Shown here piece after piece: positions 44,986-54,807 of a stretch of DNA of 64,000 bases. The translations under genes were made by a program, and so were the position numbers. The notes beneath the pieces were generated by a model that was not told where the DNA came from, ran no database searches, and worked only from the letters and a program-made list of their open reading frames with translations. Position 1 is the first letter of the stretch. Each line of letters opens with the position of its first letter. Origin of the DNA: an uncultured Candidatus Berkelbacteria bacterium (GTDB lineage Bacteria > Patescibacteriota > UBA1384 > UBA12157); NCBI GenBank assembly GCA_903877885.1, contig CAIRFN010000007.1, positions 111 through 64,110 of the forward strand. Reading direction: 5' to 3'.

Positions 44986-47765
44986 GCTTTTTCTCCTAGA
45001 ATAATGTCAGCGCCTTCTACTTGGCTCACGTTCGACAAGTTAGTTTCTTTTTTCAATTCTTCAGTATATTTTTCAATTATTTCAAAATCAGCAAAATCCT
45101 TGCCGTAAAAAAGTTCTACTTTATCGCCTTGATTTAAGCCAGCCGCTTTTCGCAGATCTTGAACCACTCGTATCAAATCGCGATATCTACCTTCTACTAG
45201 CAAGTCGTTCGTGAGCTTAGTATCGAGCTCGATTTCGCTAGTAATATTTTTGTCAACTTTTATTTCTTTGACATTGATTTCATCTTTCAAAATTTCTTGC
45301 AGTTCATTTGCTAATTCGATTTTAATTGTGGCACTAGCCAAAGGTTGTCGAATTCGGATTTTGGCTTCGGCCCTAGCCGCGTGGGCTTTTTCAACTAATT
45401 CTTTAACTTTCGCCATTTGATCTAAAATTGTTTGATCAATCTCCCCTGCTTTTGGCCAGTCAGCAAGATGGACAGATTCAGCACCATCAGTTTTCAAATT
45501 TTGATAAATTGCTTCAGCTGTAAAAGGGATAAAAGGCGCGGAAAGCTTGGCCAAATTAATTAAAATATGAAATAATGTGGCATAAAAATCATTATCACGG
45601 CGTTTGCGCGATCGGCGTAAATACCAGGTTGAAAGTTCGTTAGTAAATTCACTAATTGCCCTGGCGGCATTCATAATATTATACTCATCTAAATTTTCAG
45701 TCACATCGGTTATTAGTTGATTAAACTCACTTAAAACCCATTTATCCAAAAGATTTTCGGATTTAGATTGCCAATTTGGATCGCGAAGAGCAGGTTTAAA
45801 TTCATCGATATTCGCGTAAGTAGTGAAAAAGGAATAAACATTCCAGAGTGTTAAAATAAATTGACGCAAAGTTTGTTCCATGTTTCGCGCGCTCATTCGT
45901 TTAGGCATGCCTGGATCATTGACTGTGTAGAAAAACCAACGGACCGAGTCGGCGCCGAATTGATCAATCACTTCCCATGGACTGATAATATTACCCTTGC
46001 TCTTACTCATCTTCTTACCAGTTTCATCTAAAATATGAGCATAACAAATGACATTTTTGTATGGTGATTCCTCACCTAAACAAGTTGCAATTGCCAACAA
46101 AGTGTAAAACCAACCTCGAGTTTGGTCGATTGCCTCGCAAATATAATCTGCCGGATAATTTTCCGGAAATTCTCCACTAGCAAAAGGCATTGCACCAGAG
46201 TCAAACCAAACATCAATCACTTCGGAAACTCGATGCATTGATTTGCCACAACTATCACATTTAATTTTTACCTCATCAACATATGGTTTATGCAAATCTA
46301 AATCATCGGCAAAATTTGTTATTGCTTTTTCTTTCAATTCTGTCACACTACCAATAATCTGATGTTGGCCGCACTCGCATTCCCAAATTGGCAACGGTGT
46401 CCCCCAATAACGTTCTCTTGATAATGCCCAATCCTTAATATCTTTGAGCCACTCGCCAAAACGGCCATTTTTGATATAGCCAGGAATCCAGTTAATTGTC
46501 TCATTATTGCTCAATAATTTATCGCGAAGTTGGTTCATTTTGATAAACCAAGTTTGTTTGGCAAAATAGATGAGCGGTGAATCACAGCGCCAGCAAAATG
46601 GATATTCGTGTTTAAATTTTTCTTCTTTATAAAGCAAGTGACGTTCAGCTAAATCGGCTTTGACATCAACATCAGCATCTTTAACAAATTTTTCTTTCGC
46701 AAGATCTGTTAGCATTTTACCGTCTGGCCCAACCGTCATCGGGATAGAAAAACTATTTTCTTCTTGCAAATTTTTATCATCAACACCATAAGCTGGAGCA
46801 ATATGGACAATGCCAGAACCGTCAGTATCAGTCACAAAATTAGCCGCCCAGACACGATAATCTTTAGCTGGATTTAGTTCGACAATTTTAGAAATATCAA
46901 ATAGCGGTAAATATTCTTGGCCGACCAAATCCTGTCCACTTAATTCACGAACAACGTCGTAATTAGGTTTCAAAACTTTCAACCTACTTTCGGCTAAAAT
47001 TAAATTACCTTCTTCAGTTTTTACTTCAACATATTTGAAATTTTTATTAATAGCCAAGGCGATATTGGCAGGCAATGTCCATGGTGTAGTTGTCCAAACC
47101 AGAAAATAAGTATCTTTCTTGTCTTTTAAAGCAAATTTTACATAAGCCGATTGGTCTTCAACGATTTTATAACCTTGAGCAACTTCATGACTAGATAAAG
47201 TTGTGCCACAACGTGGACAATATGGTACTACTTTAAAACCGGAATAGATTAAATCTTTATCCCAGATTTTTTTGAGCACGCCCCAAACTTTTTCAATATA
47301 GGAATTTTCGTAGGTAATATATGGCTTATTTAGATCAACCCAAAAACCGATTCGCTCGGTTAATTTCTCCCACTCGGTTTTATAAGTCCAAACACTTTCG
47401 CGACATTTTTCATTAAATTTGGCAACACCATAATCTTCGATTTGTTTTTTTCCAGAAATACCTAGTTGCTTCTCCACTTCAATTTCCACCGGCAAACCAT
47501 GAGTGTCCCAACCAGCTTTACGACTGACGTGATACCCACGCATAGTTTTGTAACGCGGAATTAAATCCTTAAACGCTCGGCCGATAACATGATGAATGCC
47601 AGGTTTACCATTGGCTGTTGGCGGACCCTCATAAAAGACGAATTTTCCCGATGGAGCGTCTTTTTCTAAGGATTTCTTAAAAATTTCATTCTTTTGCCAA
47701 AATTGCAGAATTTCTTCTTCTAATTGAGGAAAATTTTGTCTTGGATCAACTTCTTTAAAATTCAT
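44982..47765 (-). CDS. ileS: Isoleucyl-tRNA synthetase.
   Basis: PPTANGKPGIHHV (HIGH), KMSKSKGN, CP1 editing domain, C-terminal zinc Cys pairs. Confidence 0.9.
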   Translation of the reverse strand: MNFKEVDPRQNFPQLEEEILQFWQKNEIFKKSLEKDAPSGKFVFYEGPPTANGKPGIHHVIGRAFKDLIPRYKTMRGYHVSRKAGWDTHGLPVEIEVEKQLGISGKKQIEDYGVAKFNEKCRESVWTYKTEWEKLTERIGFWVDLNKPYITYENSYIEKVWGVLKKIWDKDLIYSGFKVVPYCPRCGTTLSSHEVAQGYKIVEDQSAYVKFALKDKKDTYFLVWTTTPWTLPANIALAINKNFKYVEVKTEEGNLILAESRLKVLKPNYDVVRELSGQDLVGQEYLPLFDISKIVELNPAKDYRVWAANFVTDTDGSGIVHIAPAYGVDDKNLQEENSFSIPMTVGPDGKMLTDLAKEKFVKDADVDVKADLAERHLLYKEEKFKHEYPFCWRCDSPLIYFAKQTWFIKMNQLRDKLLSNNETINWIPGYIKNGRFGEWLKDIKDWALSRERYWGTPLPIWECECGQHQIIGSVTELKEKAITNFADDLDLHKPYVDEVKIKCDSCGKSMHRVSEVIDVWFDSGAMPFASGEFPENYPADYICEAIDQTRGWFYTLLAIATCLGEESPYKNVICYAHILDETGKKMSKSKGNIISPWEVIDQFGADSVRWFFYTVNDPGMPKRMSARNMEQTLRQFILTLWNVYSFFTTYANIDEFKPALRDPNWQSKSENLLDKWVLSEFNQLITDVTENLDEYNIMNAARAISEFTNELSTWYLRRSRKRRDNDFYATLFHILINLAKLSAPFIPFTAEAIYQNLKTDGAESVHLADWPKAGEIDQTILDQMAKVKELVEKAHAARAEAKIRIRQPLASATIKIELANELQEILKDEINVKEIKVDKNITSEIELDTKLTNDLLVEGRYRDLIRVVQDLRKAAGLNQGDKVELFYGKDFADFEIIEKYTEELKKETNLSNVSQVEGADIILGEKA

Positions 47766-47766
47766 A

Positions 47767-48198
47767 TTAAACTCCGTTTTGATTATCCAGCGCTTTGTTA
47801 ACTAAAGCGTCGGCTTCTTTATTTTGTTCACGAGGAACGTAACTAAAATTAATTTGACCACCCAAATCCATCATCAACCCGCGAATTTGCCAAAACAAAG
47901 GTTTTAATCCTTCATTTTTCATTTTGTAGTTACCATTTAATTGTTCCACCACTAATTGTGAGTCCAGAAAAAAATCGATTTCCACATCGTCTTTAATATT
48001 TTCTTTGACCCACTCTAGAGCTTTAACAACGGCTGAATATTCGGCAATATTATTTGTAGCCACACCAATAAATTCGGAGATTTCTTCGACTCGATCGCCT
48101 AAATTTATAACCACACCGCAAGCGGCCGGCCCAGGGTTACCACGAGAACCACCATCAGTATGAATAATTATTTTTTGAATTTTTTCAGTTTTTTCCAT
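47767..48198 (-). CDS. rnhA: Ribonuclease HI.
   Basis: IHTDGGSRGNPGPAA and the DEDD catalytic pattern. Confidence 0.85.
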   Translation of the reverse strand: MEKTEKIQKIIIHTDGGSRGNPGPAACGVVINLGDRVEEISEFIGVATNNIAEYSAVVKALEWVKENIKDDVEIDFFLDSQLVVEQLNGNYKMKNEGLKPLFWQIRGLMMDLGGQINFSYVPREQNKEADALVNKALDNQNGV

Positions 48199-48270
48199 AT
48201 CTATATCTTACCGATTTTCCCCTACAATATCAAGACCAAAAACAATCTAAAAAAATATTGTTTAGTTCTT

Positions 48271-48306
48271 TTAACACATTATGCGCATATACGCAAAATG
48301 TGTTAA
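48271..48306. promoter_or_regulatory. Palindromic operator-like site (TTAACACATT-N16-AATGTGTTAA) between the PaaX-like gene and rnhA.
   Basis: Perfect 10-bp inverted arms with a GCGCATATACGC core. Confidence 0.5.
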
Positions 48307-48334
48307 ATAATTATTTTAGATTATATTATTTTAT

Positions 48335-48958
48335 TTATCTTTTCCTTGATCTAAGATCCTTTCCTTGATTTAAGATACCTCGATCGACAAATTCAGAGAC
48401 TAAATCAATTTCTGATTCGATAATATCGGCCACCAAATATTTAACATATAGCTCGATTTGATAGAGATCTCTTAAATAACTAATCTCGCGAGCGCAATCA
48501 TAAGGAAAAACAAAAACTGATTTTTGAATTTGATAAAAACCAATTTCCTGGAGTTTGCGTCGGAAAGCATCCCTGGTTTTACCCTTAGTATTAGGAATAT
48601 CGAAAAGTACAATTCGCCATTTTCCATCCCAACTAGTTTTGGCAACTTTAGGCATTTCTCTAGCCAAATAATTGGGCACCAAATTTTTCCCTTTTTGAGT
48701 CAACTCGACTATCTCCCTGTTATCCTTATGAAAAACTTCGATAATTTTTTCTTTTTTTAACCGGTTTAAAATAGCTCGAAAACGACTTTTATCAAATTCT
48801 CGCCAAGAAAAATAATCGTCAATCGCCTTTTGATAATTCTTACTACCATCAAAAATTTGATACATAAAATTGTGCGCATCGATCAAATAAAGCATAATTT
48901 GTCTGGTAGTCAAAATAACTTTTTTTACCATTATTTTCTTTTGCATTTTTATCTTCAA
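48335..48958 (-). CDS. PaaX-family-like transcriptional regulator (winged HTH plus a Cas2-fold middle domain).
   Basis: WDGKWRIVLFDIPNTKGKTRDAFRRKLQEIGFYQIQKSVFVFP matches the PaaX W.G.W..V.YDIPE..R..R...L...GF..LQ.SVW..P block. Flanked by palindromic operator-like sites. Confidence 0.6.
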   Translation of the reverse strand: MKIKMQKKIMVKKVILTTRQIMLYLIDAHNFMYQIFDGSKNYQKAIDDYFSWREFDKSRFRAILNRLKKEKIIEVFHKDNREIVELTQKGKNLVPNYLAREMPKVAKTSWDGKWRIVLFDIPNTKGKTRDAFRRKLQEIGFYQIQKSVFVFPYDCAREISYLRDLYQIELYVKYLVADIIESEIDLVSEFVDRGILNQGKDLRSRKR

Positions 48959-48972
48959 TTTTTATAATTTTT

Positions 48973-48997
48973 TGCGCATATACGCAAAATGTGTTAA
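48973..48997. promoter_or_regulatory. Second copy of the operator-like core (TGCGCATATACGCAAAATGTGTTAA), just upstream of the PaaX-like gene.
   Basis: A 25-bp exact match to the right half of the 48271-48306 site. Confidence 0.5.
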
Positions 48998-49184
48998 TGA
49001 ATTTTATATTTAAATACTTATAACAAATCTTTGAAATGGTCATTTATATTGAAGATGAAGAAATATTACTTTGGCGAGAGCTACCATCCGTATGAATAAT
49101 TATTTTTTCCATAAACTAATCATACGGATTTTAGAGAACTTTTTCAAGATTAAATTAGTGTTATTTTCATACTAATTCTAATTT

Positions 49185-51131
49185 TTACTGATACACTACA
49201 CCCAAATTACCATTACTGTATTTATTAATCTTAAAATTGCCATTTGTAGCTAGCCAATAGATAGGTTGATCATTAAAACTTATCCCGAAATCATAATATT
49301 GAAAGAAATAACTAAAAGAACTGGAAGTAAGATTAAAAATCTTAAATATATCCTGATCTTGACTAGTCCATGAATAAGAAGCAGTTACTGCTTTCGGTGT
49401 AAAATTATTCCACGGTACAACTCCGAGATTATCATTCAAGCCAATACTCATATTAGATGTCCGATAACCACCATTTAATCCAGTACCAGACCGAAGTGCA
49501 TCTGTGACATCACCTTTAACCGCGATCCAATACATACCGCAAGGATTAGCAACAGGTACCGTAACATCATAAGTATAAGTAACCCATCCACCATTATAAG
49601 GATCATAATTAAAATAAGTTTCTTCAGCGGTTTCGCCAGTCTTTTTCTGATAAGAACAATCTGTAGCCACTGAATCATCCCCGGCATATTGGAAACCATC
49701 TTTAGTCACATTGAAAACTTTGGACATTTGATCATTTCCTTGTCCAGCGTAATTTCTAGATATTACCACAGTAGGCGCCGAGTCAAAAAACCCGGCTGGA
49801 AAATTGACTTGGTTAATATTATCATCAATCGGACTATTAGCATGAAAACCACCAGTAATAACATTTTGAATTTGACCTTTTAGGATAATATAGTAAGCAC
49901 CACAGGTATTTGCAGGTTTACTACTTGAATCAGTACAGCCACTACCACCGGCACCATTAATTCCAAAGCTATTCGAAAAAAGATGATTAATATTTGCCAT
50001 GATACTACTTCGCGCCCAAGAGTTCACAGAGATTGTTATTGCTGACGGTTGAGCATTGCCGGTAAAAGGTTGAAATAATGTATTCCAAGCACCCGTAATC
50101 TGGTCATCATAACTTGCTAAATTAGGGTTAACAAACCCTGACCGGATTTCGGCTGTTTCGATAATTACAGGATTAGCTATCACTGCCACGCTGACCGAAG
50201 CGCTTGCCGGTGTCGTGCCTTCGGCGCCATAACAAGTAATTGAATAAGCCGTGGTAGTTGTGGGCGAAATTGCTTGAGTACCGTTTAGGCCAGAAACAAC
50301 AAAATTAACAGCTGAACAAATATTAGTATTGGTCGATGTCCAGGTTAAAGTGCTGGAACTGCCAGAAGTAATCGTAGTTGGATTAGCAACTAAAGTAACT
50401 GTTGGCGGCACTAATGGCGGTGGGATATTATTTACAGTAACATCGGCCGTTGCATCGACTAAAGCACCAGCGCTATTATAACAAGTCAGATGATAAGTCG
50501 TAGTAGGAGCAGTTGAAGGGGAAATTGGTGCAGAGCCGTTTATTGAATTGGAAGTATTAAAATCTGCGCTAGTACAATGATCAGTATTTATTGATGTCCA
50601 AATTAAAGTCGATGGCGCTCCCAAAGTAACAACACTGGGACTAGCATAGAATGATGTAATTAGTGGCGCTGGCGGCGCCACAGGTGGAGTTACTGTAATT
50701 TTTACGCTAGTATTAGCTGGGGTTGTACCATCAGCACCAATACAATTAATATAATATGTTGTATCTACAGTTGGACTCACTGGTTGTGTGCCATAAATAT
50801 TATTTGGATGAAAATCCGAATTACTACTTGTACAACTAGTAGCATTTTTGGGACTCCAAGTTAAAGTACTAGAACTACCAGAATTAATCGATGTCAGGCT
50901 AGTCGTCAAAGTCACTGTTGGATTTTGAACAATAGTTGGATTTGGTAACAACAAATCAAAATTACTATCAACTTGTTGGCCATTTTCATCCCAAAAAACA
51001 TCAACACCAATGTGGCGACCGGGATTAGTTGCGGCAAAAACTTTGGTACCAAAAGTTAGAACTAGAATAAAAATCAGTCCGGCAAATAACAAGGCTTGAA
51101 AATTGAATTTGTGTTTTGTCATATTTTGCAA
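49185..51131 (-). CDS. Large secreted protein with Ig-like repeats; candidate pilus-associated adhesin, paralog of the 52996-54789 gene.
   Basis: Signal peptide plus a shared N-terminal module TFGTKVFAATNPGRHIGVDVFWDENG. Repeated ~90-aa T/S-rich units (TLTWTS...C...GT...SPT...Y.I.C). Shared C-terminal NGNFKINKYSNG.LG..YQ. Confidence 0.6.
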   Translation of the reverse strand: MQNMTKHKFNFQALLFAGLIFILVLTFGTKVFAATNPGRHIGVDVFWDENGQQVDSNFDLLLPNPTIVQNPTVTLTTSLTSINSGSSSTLTWSPKNATSCTSSNSDFHPNNIYGTQPVSPTVDTTYYINCIGADGTTPANTSVKITVTPPVAPPAPLITSFYASPSVVTLGAPSTLIWTSINTDHCTSADFNTSNSINGSAPISPSTAPTTTYHLTCYNSAGALVDATADVTVNNIPPPLVPPTVTLVANPTTITSGSSSTLTWTSTNTNICSAVNFVVSGLNGTQAISPTTTTAYSITCYGAEGTTPASASVSVAVIANPVIIETAEIRSGFVNPNLASYDDQITGAWNTLFQPFTGNAQPSAITISVNSWARSSIMANINHLFSNSFGINGAGGSGCTDSSSKPANTCGAYYIILKGQIQNVITGGFHANSPIDDNINQVNFPAGFFDSAPTVVISRNYAGQGNDQMSKVFNVTKDGFQYAGDDSVATDCSYQKKTGETAEETYFNYDPYNGGWVTYTYDVTVPVANPCGMYWIAVKGDVTDALRSGTGLNGGYRTSNMSIGLNDNLGVVPWNNFTPKAVTASYSWTSQDQDIFKIFNLTSSSFSYFFQYYDFGISFNDQPIYWLATNGNFKINKYSNGNLGVVYQ

Positions 51132-51133
51132 AA

Positions 51134-51175
51134 CCTAGATTCCGGATCTAGGTTGCCAACCTGTCCGGAATGACA
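51134..51175. repeat. Repeat A, inverted copy.
   Basis: CCTAGATTCCGGATCTAGGTTGCCAACCTGTCCGGAATGACA, between the Ig-like protein and the vWA protein. Confidence 0.8.
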
Positions 51176-51186
51176 AAAAGGAAATT

Positions 51187-52917
51187 CTAATAATTATAGG
51201 TCACGTGGATGGTGGCGCCAGATGGTGGCACAAAGGAACCAACGAAAACAATCGCTTGTTTAAGTTCATTATAAGTCCAACCATTATCACCTTGAGCAAT
51301 AACCGTGCCATTGACCGTAACCTTGATCGTCGAAACGATTGGTTTATTCTTTAGTGTAAAACTACTCGCTAAATCAGCAATATTATTACTGATTAAATCC
51401 ATAATTTTTTGATAGTTAGCTATAGTGCCAGTGGAATTAAAAATGCTAGCAATAAGCCCGCCTGTCTCTGTGGCCGCTTGCTGATATCGATCGCTTCCGA
51501 GAGTATCACTAGTTGTACCACAATTTGGATTTACCGAATCATTAATATTTGAGGGCCTGGTTGTTCTAGATGTATCTACAACTACATCAATCACAACTTT
51601 CTTGGGATTAGCTTTTAACGCTCGAAGTCGATTAATATACGACATCGTACTGCCACAAGATTGATCATTTTCGTCAGACACAATAATCGCAATTAACCAA
51701 GCGTCAGACCTAAGAAAACCATAATTTTTATTAATGGTGGTTCCCCATTTTTGAGGCGCACTGACACTGCCATTTTCAGCAGCTTTGGCTGCCGCTACCA
51801 AACCCTGTTCGACACTTTGACTAATTCCGACCAAAACATTGCTTTTGAAATAATTAATAATATTTGACACTGTCAAATAATTAGGATCTAGAATCGGGTA
51901 AGCGCCAACAAAAAGACCATCGGTGTTTGCTTCAGCACCACCATTTTTAACTGTTGTGATTCCAATTTTATAATCAATTTTATTATTCGGATCGGTCAAA
52001 TTATTAATAAAAGCGGCGGCATTATCTTTTAAAGCATCTTGATCATCGTACATTGAACCAGAATTATCCACCACCCAAATAATATCGGCTTTGTTATTCG
52101 CAGAATTTTGAGTAAAAACTTCATCAGCCGAGTTTGGAAGCGGAGCTGGCGGAGTCGGTGGAGTCGGCGGAGTCGGCGGCGAAGGTGGCGCCGGGTTAAC
52201 CGTAATTATGGCTTCAGCGCTATTTGAAATATCATCATTATTTTTACAGGTTAAGTTATAATTGAAATTTGTAGTAGTGGCTGCTGTTGGTGAAACATCT
52301 TGATTGCCACTAGAAATAGAAGTTGATGTAAAACCAGACCCAGTTCTTGTACAACTTTTAACATCTGGTGATAAAATCCAGGTTAATTTACTTGAATTAC
52401 CAGAAATGATAGTTGTTGGATTGGCAGCCAAAGTCACTTTTGGTTCAACTGTAACGGTTATACTTTGACTAGTATGCGGATTAGTAGCTGTCGGATCGCC
52501 ATCACAATCAATCTTATAAGTTGTCTTGGCTGTTGGATTATCTGATTTATTACCGGATTCACTATTTGTTGCGGTTGAAATTGCAAAGCTACCCAAGTGA
52601 GATGAACTACAACTTTTAACATGTTTCACTGTCCAATTTAATGTTACTGAATCGCCATAGGTAATACTTGTCTGACTAGCAGTTAAAGTAATACTTGGAT
52701 CTGGAGCTGGTGGCGGATTCAAAACTGCAAAAGTGCCAGTGACAGTTTGGCTTTGATCATCCCAAGAAACTAGAACTTGAGCCCGGCGAACCAGATTCAA
52801 AGAACTAGCTTGGAAAAAACCTTCGTTTAAAAAAACGCCAACCATAATCGCTAAAACCACTGCCACCGCGGCAGTATAAAATAGAAATTTTTTGTTTTTG
52901 ATTAGTTTTTTAAACAT
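51187..52917 (-). CDS. Membrane-anchored protein with Ig-like repeats, a (PTP)n linker and a C-terminal von Willebrand factor A domain (MIDAS DNSGS); PilY1-like candidate tip adhesin.
   Basis: N-terminal TM; TLTAS/TLTAN repeats; PPSPPTPPTPPTPPAP; IIWVVDNSGSMYDD...AF..N MIDAS motif. Confidence 0.65.
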   Translation of the reverse strand: MFKKLIKNKKFLFYTAAVAVVLAIMVGVFLNEGFFQASSLNLVRRAQVLVSWDDQSQTVTGTFAVLNPPPAPDPSITLTASQTSITYGDSVTLNWTVKHVKSCSSSHLGSFAISTATNSESGNKSDNPTAKTTYKIDCDGDPTATNPHTSQSITVTVEPKVTLAANPTTIISGNSSKLTWILSPDVKSCTRTGSGFTSTSISSGNQDVSPTAATTTNFNYNLTCKNNDDISNSAEAIITVNPAPPSPPTPPTPPTPPAPLPNSADEVFTQNSANNKADIIWVVDNSGSMYDDQDALKDNAAAFINNLTDPNNKIDYKIGITTVKNGGAEANTDGLFVGAYPILDPNYLTVSNIINYFKSNVLVGISQSVEQGLVAAAKAAENGSVSAPQKWGTTINKNYGFLRSDAWLIAIIVSDENDQSCGSTMSYINRLRALKANPKKVVIDVVVDTSRTTRPSNINDSVNPNCGTTSDTLGSDRYQQAATETGGLIASIFNSTGTIANYQKIMDLISNNIADLASSFTLKNKPIVSTIKVTVNGTVIAQGDNGWTYNELKQAIVFVGSFVPPSGATIHVTYNY

Positions 52918-52948
52918 ATTTTTTTACTCCTCGAACATTTTATGAAAT

Positions 52949-52988
52949 CTGGATTCCAGATCCTGATGCCATCCGGTCTGGAATGACA
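52949..52988. repeat. Repeat A, inverted copy.
   Basis: CTGGATTCCAGATCCTGATGCCATCCGGTCTGGAATGACA. Confidence 0.8.
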
Positions 52989-52995
52989 AGACAGA

Positions 52996-54789
52996 TTACT
53001 GATATGTTGTGCCAAGGCTACCATTTGAATATTTATTAATTTTAAAATTACCATTGGCGCCCACCCAGAAAAATGGTCTCGTGGTCGATGAACCAAAACA
53101 ATAAACTCTTGGGGAAAATTGAAAACTATTCTGGACAATATTAAAAATACTATAAATATCTTGTTGGCCATCAATATAACCCGTGCTGCCAAAAGCAGCG
53201 ACAATCGCTTTAAGATTCGTGGCCGAGCTGATATTTGTTGTGCCTGTAGCATTGTCACCATATGGACTAGCGCCGCAATCTTCTCCTGTACCGGAACGAA
53301 TAGCATCAGTAACATTTCCTTTAATTGCAATCCAATGAACACCACACCAGTTGGCGGCTGAATTGCCATTCAAATCTAAACTGGAAGTATCATCACAGTC
53401 AGTCGTATAATAACAAGGATTATTAACACCATCTTCAACGCATTCAAGATGCGAAGCTACTCCGGCAGTTTGAATATATGTCAAATCGCCAGTATATTGA
53501 AAACCATCTTTAGTAATATTCATCACCATTGGCATTTGCTCACTTTGTTCAAACCAGTTTCTCGAAAGAATAACTGCGGTCGGCGCAGTTGTGAAAGAAC
53601 CGGCTGGAAAATTAACTTGATTAATAGTTTTATTCGGGTCAGAACTAATATTGTAATTTGCATGAAAACCGCCAGTAATTACATCTTTGACTTGACCAGT
53701 TAGGCCGATGTAATAAACACCGCATCGATTCGTGGTTGTAGTTACACCTCTGGCGGTTCTAACGATATCTGGGTAACCAGTGGATGAATCTTTACAGCCA
53801 TCGATTTGAGTTGTGCCATCGCCAGAATAGCTAAAAGAGTTTGATGTCAGACTGTGCGCTTTTGGCATTTGATCGTTGCCACCCCAAAAGTTACGAGCAA
53901 TAACTAAAGCTGACGGATTTCCAAGCGTAAATGGTTTAAAAGTAGCTTTAAAATTGTCTGTGCCGGTATTGGCAATAAACCCAGAACGGATTTCGGCCGT
54001 GCCCTCGATGGTTGGCGTCGGAGTAGGAGGAGAAGCAACAGTAATGCTAACTTGTTTGTAAGCTGATACTGTTTTTGTAGCATCATAACATCTGATTTTA
54101 TAAACCGTATCTGTCGTTGGATGAACAATCGCACTACCATTCAAGCCTGGATTATAACCCGTACCTTGATCGTCACAACTAGTTGCGTTAGTTGAAGTCC
54201 AAACCAAAGTTGCTGTTTCGCCAGAGTTGATAGTCGCACTCGACAGACCATTAACAGTTAAAGTTGTGTCAAGTATTGAAACGGTTACACTAGTAGTAGC
54301 TGGTGGTGTACCCGTCGCACCGACACAATTTATATTATAAGTTGTAGTAGTTGCAATTGGATGAACTATTGCCGAACCACTGGTGCTTATTGGATTTATA
54401 TAATTAGGATCAGTATTAATGGTTGTACAACTGTTAGCATGTGTCGATGACCAAGTCAGAATCGCAGACCCTTGAGAATTGATAATTGCGCTCGACGAAC
54501 CATTTACTGTTAAAGTAACTATCGGAGCCAAAACTACTGGTAAAGGATTATCCGGTGTAGTATCCGAAGGCGGTTCTGCCGGAGGATTAACAATAATATT
54601 CTGGTTTGGTAATAACAGATCGAAATTACTATCGACTGTGATGCCATTTTCGTCCCAAAAAACATCGACACCGATATGGCGGCCAGGATTAGTTGCGGCA
54701 AAAACTTTGGTACCAAAAGTTAGGACTAATACGAAAATAATTAGTGAAAATAACAAGGATTGAGAATTGAATTGTCTTAATTTCTTCAT
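52996..54789 (-). CDS. Large secreted protein with Ig-like repeats; paralog of the 49185-51131 gene.
   Basis: Identical N-terminal module (TFGTKVFAATNPGRHIGVDVFWDENG) and C-terminal module (ANGNFKINKYSNGSLGTTYQ). Confidence 0.6.
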   Translation of the reverse strand: MKKLRQFNSQSLLFSLIIFVLVLTFGTKVFAATNPGRHIGVDVFWDENGITVDSNFDLLLPNQNIIVNPPAEPPSDTTPDNPLPVVLAPIVTLTVNGSSSAIINSQGSAILTWSSTHANSCTTINTDPNYINPISTSGSAIVHPIATTTTYNINCVGATGTPPATTSVTVSILDTTLTVNGLSSATINSGETATLVWTSTNATSCDDQGTGYNPGLNGSAIVHPTTDTVYKIRCYDATKTVSAYKQVSITVASPPTPTPTIEGTAEIRSGFIANTGTDNFKATFKPFTLGNPSALVIARNFWGGNDQMPKAHSLTSNSFSYSGDGTTQIDGCKDSSTGYPDIVRTARGVTTTTNRCGVYYIGLTGQVKDVITGGFHANYNISSDPNKTINQVNFPAGSFTTAPTAVILSRNWFEQSEQMPMVMNITKDGFQYTGDLTYIQTAGVASHLECVEDGVNNPCYYTTDCDDTSSLDLNGNSAANWCGVHWIAIKGNVTDAIRSGTGEDCGASPYGDNATGTTNISSATNLKAIVAAFGSTGYIDGQQDIYSIFNIVQNSFQFSPRVYCFGSSTTRPFFWVGANGNFKINKYSNGSLGTTYQ

Positions 54790-54807
54790 TATTCTTTCCT
54801 TTGTATG

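Noticed and set aside
48524-48760. 78-aa plus-strand ORF inside the PaaX-like gene, and 64-aa ORF 48849-49043.
   Set aside because: Antisense or overlapping with a supported gene and the operator region. No independent support.
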